Assembly (NCBI RefSeq): GCF_036971445.1
Contig: NC_091470.1
Coordinates: 66,650,001-66,714,000 of the forward strand
DNA: 64,000 nucleotides
DNA from: Narcine bancroftii
Lineage: Eukaryota
Direction of reading: 5' to 3'
The notes beneath the pieces were generated by a model, which saw only the letters and a list, made by a program, of their open reading frames with translations, searched no databases and was not told the DNA's origin. Positions 50,765 through 64,000 of this stretch are shown here, piece after piece. Position numbers and translations under genes: made by a program. The first letter of the stretch is position 1. Every line of letters starts with the position of its first letter.

Positions 50765-53700
50765 TTTTTTCAAACTTTATTTAAAAGACAACAAAAACAT
50801 AACATACAATATAGAATTAGTCAGAGAAAATGTTTCATTAATACCCATTCCCCTTCCCACCCCTACACCCAGTTCCCTTGAGGGGAGAAACAAACAAAAT
50901 ATTGATTATATATATATATATATATTTTAAAAATTATAAATGTTAACAATATTTCAAAGTATATCTAAATGCATATATTTCAAATATATTTCAAAAAGAA
51001 GAATAATTATCATGTAAAGTATGTAATTTTTTTCAATAACAATACATACTTTCAATTCATTGTGGCAATGTGCTATATTAATCTCAGTATCATCTTTCCA
51101 AGTACACACTCGCAACACATTTACGTGCTACTGATAACACCAAATGTACAAAAGCAATTTGAATTTTATCCAATCCCATTCCTCTTAACGAATATAAATT
51201 TCCCAACAAGAAAATTGTTGGATCTAATGGTAGTATAAAATCATACAATTTCTCCAAAACTACTTTAATTCCTTGCCAAAATGATTGAACTTTAACACAA
51301 TTCCATACAGCATGTAAAAAAGTTCCAATGCATGAACTACATCTAAAACAAGAATCCGAATTACTAAACCCATTTTTTTTTACTTTTCCGTGGTCAAATA
51401 TAATTGATGTAAAAAAATTATAATTAACCATTCCATATCGCACATTAGTCAATTTAATTACATTGTCTTGATACATATTCACCCAATCTTCTTCAGGGAA
51501 AGTAAATACTAAATCACTCTCCCATTTAAATTTAGATTTCTCCCAATCTGGTTTATCCATACTCTTTGGCTTGGCTTCGCGGACGAAGATTTATGGAGGG
51601 GGTAAAAAGTCAAATTGTACATAACTGAAATATACCCCTTTTTTGGTATAGAGGAAATCAAAGATTCAAATCTCGACAAAGTAGGTAAAATCATCTCTCT
51701 ACCATAATTATCTTTTATCAAAGCCCTAAGTTGATAATACACAAACAAAGAATTTACAGGTATATCAAATCTCTCTCTCAATTGGTTAATAGAAAAAAAT
51801 TGCCCCTCTACAAAACAATCTTGTGTTGCCTTTATACCTTTAGAATCCCAAATCTTTAAGTGATTGTTAAACATTGAAAAAGGAATAAGTTGATTATTAT
51901 ACAATGGAGTTAAAATAGATAATTTATCTTTCGACCCTAACACTCTATTTTTTTAACCAAATCTTTAATAAATGGTTTAATATCGGCATATCATATTGCT
52001 GTAACAAAATCAAATATCAATGAAATATAAATTCATGTATTTCAACCCTAGGAATACACTCTATCTCTACTTTAGCCCAGCTGGGAGGCTGATCTAAATC
52101 CATCAATCTACTAACAAGCTTCATCTGTGCCGCTTCATACTAATTTTGAAAATGTGGTAGTTGTAGTGCGCCCAGTGTATACTTCCACGTAAATCTATGC
52201 AACACCATTTGAGCTAATCTACCTTTCCATAAAAACTCTCACACTGTTTTATTCAAATCTTGAAAAAGGCCCTTAGAAAGTAAACAAGGTAGTGACTGGA
52301 ATAAATATTGAATTCGAGAAAAAAATATTCATTTTAATACAATTGACCCAACCAATCAAAGTTAATGGAAGATCCTTCCACTTAATCAAATCTGTTTTAA
52401 TCCATCTTAATATAGGTACATAATTTAATTGATATAATGATTGATAATTTGTATCCATAAACACACCTAAATATTTAATTTTATTTCTCCATCTTAATTT
52501 TTTAATCATTTTAAATTCAGAATAATCTCCCACTTCAACTGGTAAAATTTCATTTTATCCCAATTAACTTTATATCCCGATAATTCTCCAAATTTCAACA
52601 AACACTCTTGCAATTGTTTTAACAACCGTTCCGGTTACGTCAAATATACCAACACATCATCCGCAAACAAATTAATTTTATATTCTTCATTCTTAACCCT
52701 CATCCCTCTAATTTCATAATTTTGTCTCATAACCTGAGCCAATGTTTCAATAACCAATGCAAATAGGGCTGGTGACAATGGGCAGCCCTGTCAAGTTGAA
52801 CAAGTCAATTTAAATGGTAAAGAAATCTGTCCATTTGTTACCACCCTAGCAATTGGGTTCGTATATGAAGCCTTAACCCAGCCAATAAAAAAGGGCTGAA
52901 TGTAAATTTCCCTAACACTTTAAATAAAACATCTCACTTAACCCTATCGAAAGCTTTTTCTGCATCTAATGAACCATTAGATTGCATTAGGTTAGGTTAA
53001 GTTAACAAATGGTTAGGTTGCTTTCGATATGCGTTGACCAAGGTAATTAATTGAAATATATTATCTGGTGCATTTCTATTCTTAATAAAACCTGTTTGAT
53101 CAATATGTACCAATTTAGGCAAATATTTAGCAAGTCTATTAGCTAATAGTTTCGCTATAATTTTATAAAGCACATTTAATAAAGAAATAGGTCTATACGA
53201 AGACACTTTTAATGGATCTCTATCTTTTTTTGGAATGACAGTTATTAAAGCACTTGAACATGATTCTGGTAACTTCTGATCTTCAGTAACTTGATTCAAC
53301 ACTTCTTCAAATGCCTTAGAAAAATCATCATAAAAAAGTTTATAAAATTCCACAGGGAATCTATCGTCTCCTGGAGACTTTCCATTAGGCATTTCCTGAA
53401 TAGCTTCCTTAATTTCAAAATCCGTAAATGAAGATTCCAATTCCTGAACATCAATTCCATCTAATTTTAATTTAGATAAGTAAGAATCAATAGAAACATT
53501 ATCCTGTTTTCCCTCAGAAGAATATAATTTTTGATAAAATGAATAAAACTGGTCATTAATTTCCTGAGGCTTATGTTATTATTGAATTCTTCTTAACAGC
53601 ATTAATAGTCTGAGACACCTGTTCAGCTTTCAATTGCCAAGCAGGTACCTTATGAGCTCTTTCCCCAACTCATAATAACGTTGTTTAGATCAATTAATTA

Positions 53701-55515
53701 AGCGCTCAAACTGATAAGTTTGTAAAGTATTATAACGCAATTTCAACTTCTATAATGCAACTTTTTTAAAATCTTCTGTTATACCTGTCTGAAAATCCTT
53801 CTCTAACTCAGCAATCTTATTTTCTAACTCTAAACTTTCTGCCATATATTGCTTCTTAACTTTTGTGGAATAACTAATGATCTGCCCTCTCAAATAAGCT
53901 TTTAAAGCATCCCATATTACAAAATGACTATCCACAGAATTAATATTTTCAGTCAAAAATAAAGAAATCTGCTCTTTAACAAAAGTAACAAACTCTGGTT
54001 TCTTCAATAACATTACATTAAACCTCCATCTAAATGACGGACGTACTACCTCCGAACTTTCACAAGGAAAAAATAATCGTGAATGATCCGATATAACTCT
54101 ACTTTTATATTCAGCTTGTAATACTCTACCTTGTAAATGTGCGGATACCAAAAATAAATCAATTCTAAAAAATGAGTCATGTCTCGAAGAATCCTACTTT
54201 CTCTGTCGGATTAACTTTTCTCCAAATATTCACCAAATTTAAATCTTTCATTAATGCATTAATTTCTATTTCCATCTTTGATTTCCTTATACTTTTTGGA
54301 TTTCTGTCCCATAAAGGGTTGAGAAAACCACCAACTAAAACATTTTCATTAGCTTGAGTTAACAATAAAAAAGCTTCTGAAATAAACCGCTCATCATCTA
54401 TATTAGGGGCATAAAGATTTAACAAAGTTCACGATTCAGCAAAAACTTGACAATTCACTCTTAATACTTTGCCAGCATACCCCTCTGGAGATTCCAATTC
54501 AAACGGTAAATTTTTATGAATCAAAATCACAACTCTTCTTGCCTTAAATTAAAAAGAAGAAGAAAAAACATGACCAACCCAATCCCTTTTCAATTTCAAA
54601 TGTTCTTTCTCAGTCAAATGTGTTTCTTGTAAAAAAGTAATATCAATTTTCTTTTTTTTTATATAAGCCAATATTCTCTTTCTCTTAATTGGATTATTTA
54701 ACTCCTGGACATTAAAAGTTGCAAAATTCAATTGAGATATATTTTTTAACTACTAATATATTTACACACTATAAAATAATGCTCCCCTCTATAATTCTTC
54801 CAAAGAAGAAAAACCCCCTCAAATTATTTTTTAAAAAACACCCAAAGGTAGTAAATCCCTAAAAAACTGGGTGTGGTGAACCCACTAGTGGCAGATGACT
54901 ATCAAAGTTTTCAGTATCATCCACAACCCCCCATACATATTAATTATTTAATCAAACACAATCAAATATAATCGATACATTCAGCTCAATGATTCCAAGC
55001 CCAATGACTGCTCCGGATCTTCAACATCAAGAAGACTTTGTGTCATCTCTTCTTTCTTTCCATTCTTTCCATTCCCATGTCCATTTCTATTTACACTCTT
55101 CTTAGGAGATAACAGAGGAGAAGATCCATTTCTTCACAATTCCGGCAAAGAATTAGCAAAAACCAAAGCATCATGATCATTCTCAAAAAATTGAGATTGA
55201 AAATTTCCATAGAAAACCTTCAAAATTGCAGGATAATGAAAAGCAAATTTGTAGCCTTTTCCGTATTAAATTCTTTAACCGTATTAAATTCTCGTCATCT
55301 TCTAATAACCTCTTGACTCAAATCAGCATTAAAAACACCCTATTATGTTGAACCATTGATGGAGATCTATTCTGTCTTGCGTTCTGCACTGCCATATGTA
55401 AAATAATTTCTCGATCTTGATATTTTAAACAACGAATCAAGACTGCTCTCGGTGCTTGTCCTGGAGCCCTATCCAATTCCAAACCTTCAGGGGAAAGCTC
55501 TTTACCCAGCACCTC
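50765..55515 (-). mobile_element. L1-clade LINE, 4.75 kb, ORF1 5'-truncated, ORF2 full span but broken
   Basis: Perfect 17-bp TSD TGTTAAAACAATTTCCT (50748-50764 and 55516-55532). Poly-A and AATAAA at the 50765 end. ORF1 piece PRAVLIRCLKYQDRE. APE endonuclease FNVQELNNPIKRK...FLQETH, NLYAPN, SDH. RT KSPGDD, SYRPISLLN, DQTGF, FADD. C-terminal CFRC...HAVWNC. Confidence 0.95.
51563..51611 (-). mobile_element. Ultra-short (~49 bp) RTE 3'-tail insertion inside the L1
   Basis: CTTTGGCTTGGCTTCGCGGACGAAGATTTATGGAGGGGG is the exact RTE 3' terminus. Confidence 0.88.
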
Positions 55516-58500
55516 TGTTAAAACAATTTCCTGAGAGTAAATCTCTTGAAACCAGCTGAGAGAGATTGAGTTAGAAAAATATAGAATTGAGAGCACAGGA
55601 TTCAGCAGAAAAATAAAAAGGAGAAGAAAAAATGGATGAAGCCAAAGGAGAGGCTGTTTTTGAGAGGACAAAAATAGGCTAAGCTCAAATTAGAAACATG
55701 TAGAGCTGAGGAAACCACAAAACAAAGGGAGTTTGAAAACAAGAGGGACATCAATCTCTTGGTTCTCGTGAGTATTTTATGTCCAACAGAGAGGTAAAGT
55801 TAGTTCGTCCATTTAATGAGGCAGAAATTGATAAATAATTTCAGCATTTTGAGAAATTTGCTGAGAGTCTGAAATGGCCAATGGTCCCTCATGGTACAGA
55901 GTCTAATGAAAGAGAAGGCTCACCAGGCTTACTCTGCTCTGACAATTCAAGGAGCCACTGATTATGATACCGTAAAGGAAGCTATGCTTAAGGCTTATGA
56001 ATTGGTTCCAGAAGCTTATAAACAAAAATACAGGATTTTTTTTTTAAATGGTGGATCAGTCTTGTATGGATTTTGCCTATGATAAAGCTGTGTGCTTTGA
56101 CCGATGGTGCACATCAAAAGAAATAAACTAAAGTTCCTAATGATGGAAAAAAAGTTTTTAGATGAAAAGGGAGTGACAACTTGGCAAAAGTCTGCTAAAT
56201 TGGCAGGTGAGTATGCTTTAACTCACAAGGTTAGAATTATATCCAATAAAACTTTCCAAGAGAGTAATAGGGAATATCCATGTACAATTTTTTAAAATGG
56301 GACAGTAGTGCTAGAGGTAAAGAAGAGAGGAGACAAGAAAAGGAAAAACGTTCGGGTCCACTGTGCAACCTGGTCACATAATAGCAAATTGTCCTGTGTT
56401 AAAGAAAAATAAGGAAAAAGAAGCACCACCAGATGCTTGTACTCAGAGATGAAACATGTGGAAGAAAGGAAAGGGCCTGTTCTCCTAGGAAGGAATTCAA
56501 ACCTTTGTGTCAGAGTGTAAGGTTTTGTTAAAGGAAGGGTCACCACAGGTGATAATAAAAATCCTTTGAGATACTGGGGCAGCCCAGTCACTCATGTTAG
56601 ACAATGTTTTGAAGTTTAGTGATAAGTCTGCCACAGGTGAGATGAATTTAATTTGAGGTTAGGGGCGTGTTTCAGAGTCGATACCTTTGCACAAGATAAC
56701 GTTGAAATCAGAATTAGTTAATGGACTTGTTAAGATAGGTATCAGATCAAGTTTACCAGTGGATGGTATTTTGTTGTAATTAGGAAATGATTTGGCAGAG
56801 AGTAAAGTTGTCCCTGCAGTTAACAGATAAGCCAGTCATTGATGAGACGGAAACAGATTTGGATATACACCCATTAAGAGCAATGTGGAAAAAGCTTGAC
56901 AGTGATGTAAAAATTGATTTAAAAGGGTCAGAAGTCTGTGACAATGCACAGCAGCTGCAAATGGATTTGTCATTATTCAGAGGGGAGCTAATAGAGAGGA
57001 AGAATAAAGATTTTGATCCTTCTGATCTATAAGGTTCTCTCTGCTGATGAAATTAGGAAACCTCCAGTTGGATGGTATTTCAAGGAAGGTGTGTTAACAT
57101 GGAGATCACCTGATATCTCTGCAAAAAAAAATGGGCAGTTGTTCACCATTAAGAAAAGATGTTGTGATGTTTTGTAGGACATGTCACCTACAAGGTCCCA
57201 CAGTGGCTCCTTTAAAACCTATTCCTGCTTTTGGAGAACCTTTTTCTAAAGTTATTGTGGATTGTGTTGGTCCATTGCCCAAGTTGGAAATTAATATTTG
57301 TTAACTATCATGTGTACAGCTTCCAGATTTACAGAAGCCATAACACTTAAAGCAAAAACTGTGTCAAGTGCTCTTGTAATTTTTTTCCCTTTAGTTGTTT
57401 TGCCTAAAGAAATATAATCAGATCAGGGAAGTCATTTTATATCAGGATTGTTTCAACAGTTAGTTTATAATTTTAGAGATAAACAGGTCACCTGCATATC
57501 ATCCAGAATCTCAAGAGGCTTTGGAGAGATTCCATTCAATCCTTAAAACCATGATGAGAACCTATTGTTGTGAGAATGAGAAGGATTGGGATGAGGGTGT
57601 CCATTTGCTCATGTTTGAAGTGAGAGAGACTGTACAAGAATCATTAGGTTTTAGTCCTTCTAATTTGGTGTTTGGGCATGAAGTCAGAGGACTTTTAACA
57701 TTGTTGAAGGAACAATGGGATGATAAGGATGTGCAGTCGAATTTGTTAGATTATGTTTCAAAGTTTCAAGATCATTTACAGAAAGTCTGTAAGATAGGTA
57801 AAGAGAATTTGAAAGGGGCTCAAGATAGAATGAAAATCTGGTATGATAAAAAGGCACAAAATAACATTTTTAAACCCGGAGATAATGTGTTAAACCTCTA
57901 AGAGCAAAACTTTCAGGACCATATGAGATAAAAATCCAAGGTAAATGAAGTTAACTACATAGTTAAAACACCTGATTGGAGACATAAAAGACAGAGTTGC
58001 CATATTTTGAAAATTTAGATGTTAGCCAAAAGTAGCTTTCATCTGAGATATTAGTTATTGACTCTTGTGAGATTCACTTCAAAGAAAACATTGTTCCAGC
58101 TCATCTATCAAATTCATGTATTTTTCAGAATTTGGCTCATTTGCAACCCCAAAGAACAAATGAAGCAGTTGATTTTAAATTTTAGAAATTTGTTTTCAGA
58201 TGTGACACAGAGATCTTCAATAGCTTGTCATGATGTTGGAGGTGCAAAACCTAGCAAACAACAGTCATATCAAAAGAATATTGAGAAGTGCAAACTGGTG
58301 GATCAAGAAATTGAATACATGCTAAAGAATGACATCATTAGGCATTCTATTTCAGATTGGAGTTCACCTTGTGTCCTGGTGCCTAAATCAGATTGGATGG
58401 TTAGATTTTGCACTGGTTATAGAAAAGTTAATGTGGTAACAAAGATAGATGCTTATCCTATCCCGAGGGTGGATGATGGTGTGGATAAGGCTGGAAAAGC

Positions 58501-58827
58501 TAAATTTCTTATGAAGATGTATTTATTAAAAAGTTACTGGTGTGTTCCCTTAACAGAAAGAGAGGTAAGAAATTTCTGCATTTGTAACACCATCAGGTTT
58601 ATAGGAATACAATGTTCTACCATTTGGTTTAAAGAATGCTCCAGGAACATTTCAAAGGATGATAAACTCTGTGATTCAAGATTTAGAGCATACCGACGCT
58701 TATATTGATAATTTGGTCATGAGTAATGAAACCTGGGAAGCACATATGTTTGCATCAGATAAATTGTTCAATAAACTTTCAGAGGCAAACCTTAGCTAAA
58801 TTTAGCTTAGATAATTTAGCTAAAAGT

Positions 58828-60548
58828 AAAACTAGTTTGGTCAGAATCAATAATTACTTTCAGAATAATTTCTAATCTATACACCAAAACTTTAGATAAA
58901 ATCTTATCAATGTTAAGTAATGAAATGGGTCTATAAGATACACATTCTGTTGATTCTTTCCCTTTTTTTTTCCGAAAAAGAGATATACTAAAAGATAAGG
59001 GAATTAACGGATTAAATTAATCTTCAAGCACTGATCTTAAGTGAGGTACAAGCCATTTGAAGGATTTATGAAATACTGCAGGAAAACGATTTGGTCCTGG
59101 AGATTTACCAGACTGCAATGAGGAGATAGGAATAGGTACCTGAGAAGTAGGTACCTCCAGATTTGTGCGCTTATGCTGAGATAGGATGGGTAAGTTCATT
59201 CAGTTTAAAACCTCTGAAATTGAAGTGAAGTTCTTATTAAATTCAGAATGATAGAGATTAAAGTAAAATTCTCTAAATATCTCATTAATTTTGAAATGAT
59301 CTGTTGTCATACTATCATCTGAATCTTATTAATTTTCTTTTTTTACTGAGATACCCTTCAGTTGTCCTGCCAGTAACTTACCAGATTTTTCACCATGGAT
59401 ATAGAAATTACTCTTACTTCTCAACAATTTGTTGATCAATAGAATATGTAGAGAAAAGATCGAATTTGGTTTTAAGTTCAACTCTTCTTTTATATAATTC
59501 TGGATTTTTATTTTGAGCAAATAGTATATCAATCTGCTTAATTAATTTCAATTTTTCTTTATTAGACTTTTTCTTAATAATGGCTATAAAAGAAACAATT
59601 TATCCCCTCAACTAAGTTTTCATTGTATCCTAAACAATCAAATTAGAGATTGATGGGGAGGAATTAGTATTCCTGTATTTGTTACTTCAGAAAGTTTAAA
59701 AATATTTGTCTTGCAAGTAAAGTGGTATTAAATCTCCACTGACTTTTTGAAAAAGGGATATCAGAAAAATTCAAAGTTAAAATGACAGGAGCATGATCGG
59801 GTATAACTATTGCTTGATAATCACATGCTCTAGTCCAAAAAAATCAATTGATTATCAATTAGAAAATAATCAGTTCTAGAGTAAGAATGATTCACATTAA
59901 AAAAAAGTATTCTTTGTTAGTAATTTTATTAAAAATTGTTATTCTTATACATTGATTATTGAATATTTTCTAGTTACCTCTACCCCAATGACAGGATGTG
60001 TTCTTTCATTAGACGCTGATAGAATGGGAATATTTATTTGCTATTTTAGGGAAATGTAATTTCAGTCCAGATTTCATTAAATGGATTAATTTATTATATT
60101 CATGTTCCATGGCTTCAATTCATTGTAATTCACATCAATTGAAGATGTTTAGGCTGTATTGGGGGACATGAAAAGGATGTCCTTTAAGTCCTTTGCTTTT
60201 TGATATGGTATTGGAACCTCTAGCTGTCACCCTCTGACATTGTAGAGAATTTAAGGGAATAATTAGGTGGAGTTGAATGTAAAGTATATCTTTACACAGA
60301 TGATATATTGCTCTTTATTTCAAATCCTGAGGTTTCTATACCAAATATATTATTTACTTCCCCAATTTGGCCAGTTTTTGGATTATAAATAAAATTTGCA
60401 CAAGAGTGAACTGTCACCCTTAAAGAGATGTTTTTTCAATGGATCCTAATTTTCAGTTCAAAATAATAAAATACCAATTTAAATACTTAAGGATTACAAT
60501 TATGAAAAATTATGAAAATTTCTTGGTATTACTTAATCATCTTAAAGC
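58828..60548. mobile_element. L1-clade insertion with 5' inversion (minus arm 58828-~59920, plus arm ~59921-60548)
   Basis: Minus arm runs from EN end (YSRTDYFL, PDHAP) to RT start (GKSPGP, SYRPISLLN, DQTSF). Plus arm has FIKN..., LSLDA, GCPLSPLLF and YTDD. TSD AAT(T/G)TAGCTAAAAGT at 58813-58827 and 60549-60563. Confidence 0.8.
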
Positions 60549-61739
60549 AATGTAGCTAAAAGTGAATTTGGTCATGCTATAATTGCATACTTTGGTTATG
60601 TTGTTGGTCAAGGAAAATTGGCACCTGTCCAGGCAATTTTTTGAATTTTTCATACCCATGGGTAAGAAAGCAATTAGGAGATTTTTATGAATGGTGGACA
60701 TTATAGAAAGTTATGTAAAAATGTTGCTGAGATCACAATTCCTTTGTCTAACTTTCTAAAAAATGATGAAGTGTTTATTTCGACAAATATTTTTCAGGAA
60801 GCATTTAACAAACTGAAAGCCATTTTATGTCACAAACCTGTGCTTAAATCACATGATTTTGGAAAGCCATTTTGTTTAGCAGTAGGTGCTAGTGATGAAG
60901 CTACAGGAACTGTTTTATTACAAAAAAATATATTGAACATCCAGTGGCTTATGGATCTAAGAAACTGAACCAACATCAAAAGAATTATTGCACTATTCAA
61001 AAAGAATTATTGTCCCTTGTATGGGCTTTGCAGCATTTTTGGGTTTATATTTGCAATGCTATGGGGCTGATTGGGGTTTACACTGATCACAATCACTTAG
61101 TGTTTTTGAGTAAAATGAAAAATAAAATTAGACATTTGTTAAATTGGAGTTTGATTTTGCAAGAATATGATTTAATGACAACTCATATTAAAGGCAAAGA
61201 TAATGTGATTGCTGATAGCCTTTCAAAATGTTGAATTTGCATGTTGTTTCTGCAATATTTGTTTGTATTATATTGTATAACAACAATGTAAAATCTACTA
61301 GATAAATGTTAGATTGTAGTTTAAAATTTTGATTTGTAAAAAGCTCAAAATTTATTTCATTGGAAGGAGGTGTGACAGAACTTTTACTATTAATCTTTAG
61401 TTATTATATATTTTTAGTAATGTTATATCGTGGGCTGAACAGGGGAATAGATACCACAGACAGAAACTATTTTGAAAGTTGAAATGTTTGCAAATTCATT
61501 GTTTGATAGAAGCTGTGTAAACAGCCATAACGTAAATAATTGTCCATTGAAATGTAGAAGACAATGAATGTTTACTCAGAGAAACATCTGTGTACACACG
61601 AAAGTCATTTTCAGGTAAACTGGGCAGACAGCCCGGAAGCATTTGCTCATAAATGTTTTTGGAAGAAAGGAACTTAGTTCAAAAAAAGTAATTATATCAT
61701 GTCATGTGATTAAAGACATTTGAAAAGCTGGATTTTAAT

Positions 61740-61788
61740 CTTCTTCCTTTTCTTGGCTTGGCTTCGCGGACGAAGATTTATGGAGGGG
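61740..61788 (-). mobile_element. Ultra-short RTE 3'-tail insertion in the 3' LTR
   Basis: TTGGCTTGGCTTCGCGGACGAAGATTTATGGAGGGG is present here but absent from the homologous position in the 5' LTR (~49890). Confidence 0.9.
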
Positions 61789-62761
61789 ATATTACAGCAA
61801 GAAATATCTGAGATCGGAATTACAGAGACCTTCTCAGGTGAAGGTCCTGTTGTGGTGCTCTCCTTATCATGGGAGACACACAAAATCAGTGGCAATGAAG
61901 AAGAGCCACTTCACTTTCTCTTTGCCAAAAGAGGGCAGTTCTACCACATCCATTTTCACATGGCCACTACATTTAACTCTTGCCTGGGTTTGTGAAATTA
62001 TTGTGTGAAACACACATTCCGAATCCTCCATGCAAAAGAGGGAAAATCTTTCGTCTGAAGAAACATTTCTCTGAAAACAATTCTATAAGAATTTTGTAAG
62101 TTTTGAGAAGTCTGTTGCCTCACACCTTCTCCATAATTACCTTTGAGCAACAATTTTAAAAGACTCTGAGTTTCAACACAACATTTTTCTGAGACTGAAC
62201 TTTAAAATCATCTCTTCAGAATTATGCTTGAACTGTAATAATTTGGGGTACACACACACACAGATAGTGGAGTTAAGAAGTAAGAAGGGTTATATTATTA
62301 ATTAAAAATTATTGTTTTGAAGATACCATTGACTTGGTGAATTTCTATTGCTGCTGGGCTACTGTGTTAAAATCTATCCAACCTTGTCTTAAGTATATTT
62401 ACTGAGGTAACCTCCATTGGTTCAATGGGTAAAGAATTCAATAGATTCTCCCCTCTCTCGGAAAAGCTGTTCCTCCTCATCTTCATCTTATATCTACTAC
62501 CCTGAATCATGTTGATGCCCTAGTTCTTGTCTCACCTACCAGTGGAAACAACTCAAGCTAAAGAGGCATTTAGAAATACACTTAATCAAGACATTGAAGT
62601 ACATGGTTCCAAAGCAAGCAAATGGAATTAGTAGACATGGGAAAAAAGGTCAGCATGGATGAGATAGGCCAAAGAATCTGTTCTGTGCCATACAACACCA
62701 TGACTCTATTGTCTTATGCACCTGAGCACATTTGTTTGCATTGACCTCAACAGGAGTAGTC

Positions 62762-63555
62762 CGGATGGATCTAAAATTAAATGGGAAGCGGATATTAGTT
62801 TTACTTTTTCTGAAGAGGATTGGTTAGATATCCGTTATGATAGTGTAATTAGATTGATAAATGCACGTTATGCAATGATTAATTACAATTTTTTACATCA
62901 ATTATATTTGACACCTGAAAAATTAAAAAAATATGGTTTTAATGAATCAGATTTGTGTTTTAGATGTGGTGATATGGTTGGAAATTTTTTTCATGCTGTT
63001 TGGTCATATATACATATACAATCTTTTTGGAAGAAAATTCAATCGTTTTTAGAATTTCTGTATAAGATTAAAATAGTTTTAGATCCAACAGTACTTTTAT
63101 TGGATAGTTTGCAACCTCTGAAAAGCTTGGGATTAGATAAGTTTCAGCTTGCTTTTGTATATTTAGCTTTATCCATAGCGAAAAAATGTATTGCTAGTAT
63201 GTGGAAAGATACAAATATGATTGATATTAATAGATGGCATAATTAGATGAAATATTGTCTAATAATGGAAAAAAATCATGTATGTTTCGCATGATAATTA
63301 TAATTTTTTTATTAATAAGTGACTGTTATACTCAGAATATTTACATTTCAATTTATATCGATTAGATTTTAATATGTATACTTAATTTTTTTTAATATTC
63401 TTTCTTTTTTCTTTTTTTTATGGCTCTCCTTAGGAGAGTTGGCTTTTTTCTCTTTCTCTTTTTTTTATATGTAAAAAATGTTAATGTTCATGTTTAATTG
63501 CTGTATTTTTCATATATTATTTGTTTTTTGAATGAATAAATAAAGTTTAAAAAAA
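62762..63555 (+). mobile_element. L1-clade 3' fragment with poly-A and 13-bp TSD
   Basis: ORF 62716..63246 has CFRC...HAVWS and is similar to 51090..51560. AATAAA plus A-run at 63535-63557. TSD AACAGGAGTAGTC at 62749-62761 and 63556-63568. Confidence 0.92.
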
Positions 63556-63639
63556 AACAGGAGTAGTCTGATACTCCTGAACATGATTAATCTGGTGAGC
63601 AAGTGATTTCTCCCTTGTTATCTAGTAATTTATGCATTT

Positions 63640-63772
63640 CTATATGTGGGAATTTGTTGTTTGTTAGCTGCTAAAATTCCAATATTATACCAATACCTAC
63701 ACTTTAAAAGTTATTAATTGGTGTAAGTCACTCTGAAGTCTTGAAAGGTTTGCATAAATGCAAGTCTCTTTT
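63640..63772 (+). mobile_element. Possible ancient Deu-SINE (AmnSINE1/SacSINE1-like) 3' remnant
   Basis: TGTGGGAATTTGTTGT...ACACTTTAAAAGTTATTAATTGGTGTAAG...ATAAATGCAAGTCTCTTTT resembles the recalled tail of these SINEs. Confidence 0.4.
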
Positions 63773-64000
63773 AAACTTCGCAATGGAAGAGACTGCACAT
63801 TTGTTCAGTTAGTGATGCCAAGGATTCAGGGTGACCATTCAAGTCTGAAGGCTTCACTTAGACCCATGTTACTTAAAGGTGCAGGTCAGAGCAGCAGTTA
63901 GCCTTCAAAAGGTTTAAGAGATTTCCTTTTAGTCTTTGCCCTCCAGATAACATTTGTTTAACACAAATTCTTATTTCCCCATCCACTCCAGTAGAAATCA

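Larger units (their letters stand above)
49531..62359 (+). mobile_element. Gmr1-like Gypsy LTR retrotransposon with nested L1 and RTE insertions
   Basis: 5' LTR at 49531-50438 (TGTGA...TAACA). 3' LTR at 61371-~62359, lacking its last ~13 bp. PBS-like TGGGGG at 50444 and PPT GGAAGGAGG at 61362-61370. Gag starts at ~50594 (MDINKFLASP) and continues at 55533-56400. Then protease RDTGA (~56570), integrase (VIVDCVGPLP, DQGS, LERFH; 57150-57900), RT (58200-58800) and RNase H (60550-61234). Confidence 0.92.

Overview
This is AT-rich vertebrate genomic DNA, most likely a cartilaginous fish (inferred from the repeat repertoire), in intronic or intergenic context. I cannot support any intact host protein-coding gene, rRNA, tRNA gene or CRISPR array. 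More than half of the window is nested, mostly degraded transposable elements. These are six copies of a young RTE/BovB-like LINE, three Rex1/Babar fragments, several L1-clade LINEs (one near full-length with a 17-bp TSD, one with a twin-priming inversion), two Gmr1-type Gypsy LTR elements (integrase upstream of RT), one CsRN1-like Gypsy element with LTRs/PBS/PPT/TSD, a probable solo LTR, Penelope-like (GIY-YIG) fragments whose terminal repeats carry hammerhead-ribozyme-like motifs, V-SINEs, CR1 remnants and a Helitron helicase relic. A 2.1-kb G-rich 57-58-bp minisatellite appears to derive from the Penelope-like terminal repeat. I did not find a convincing new biological system. The best leads are the hammerhead-like motifs, the TE-derived minisatellite, the unidentified coding-like sequence beside the Helitron relic, several templated-insertion scars and two weak candidate exons. 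All family assignments and identity values are by eye, not from database searches.
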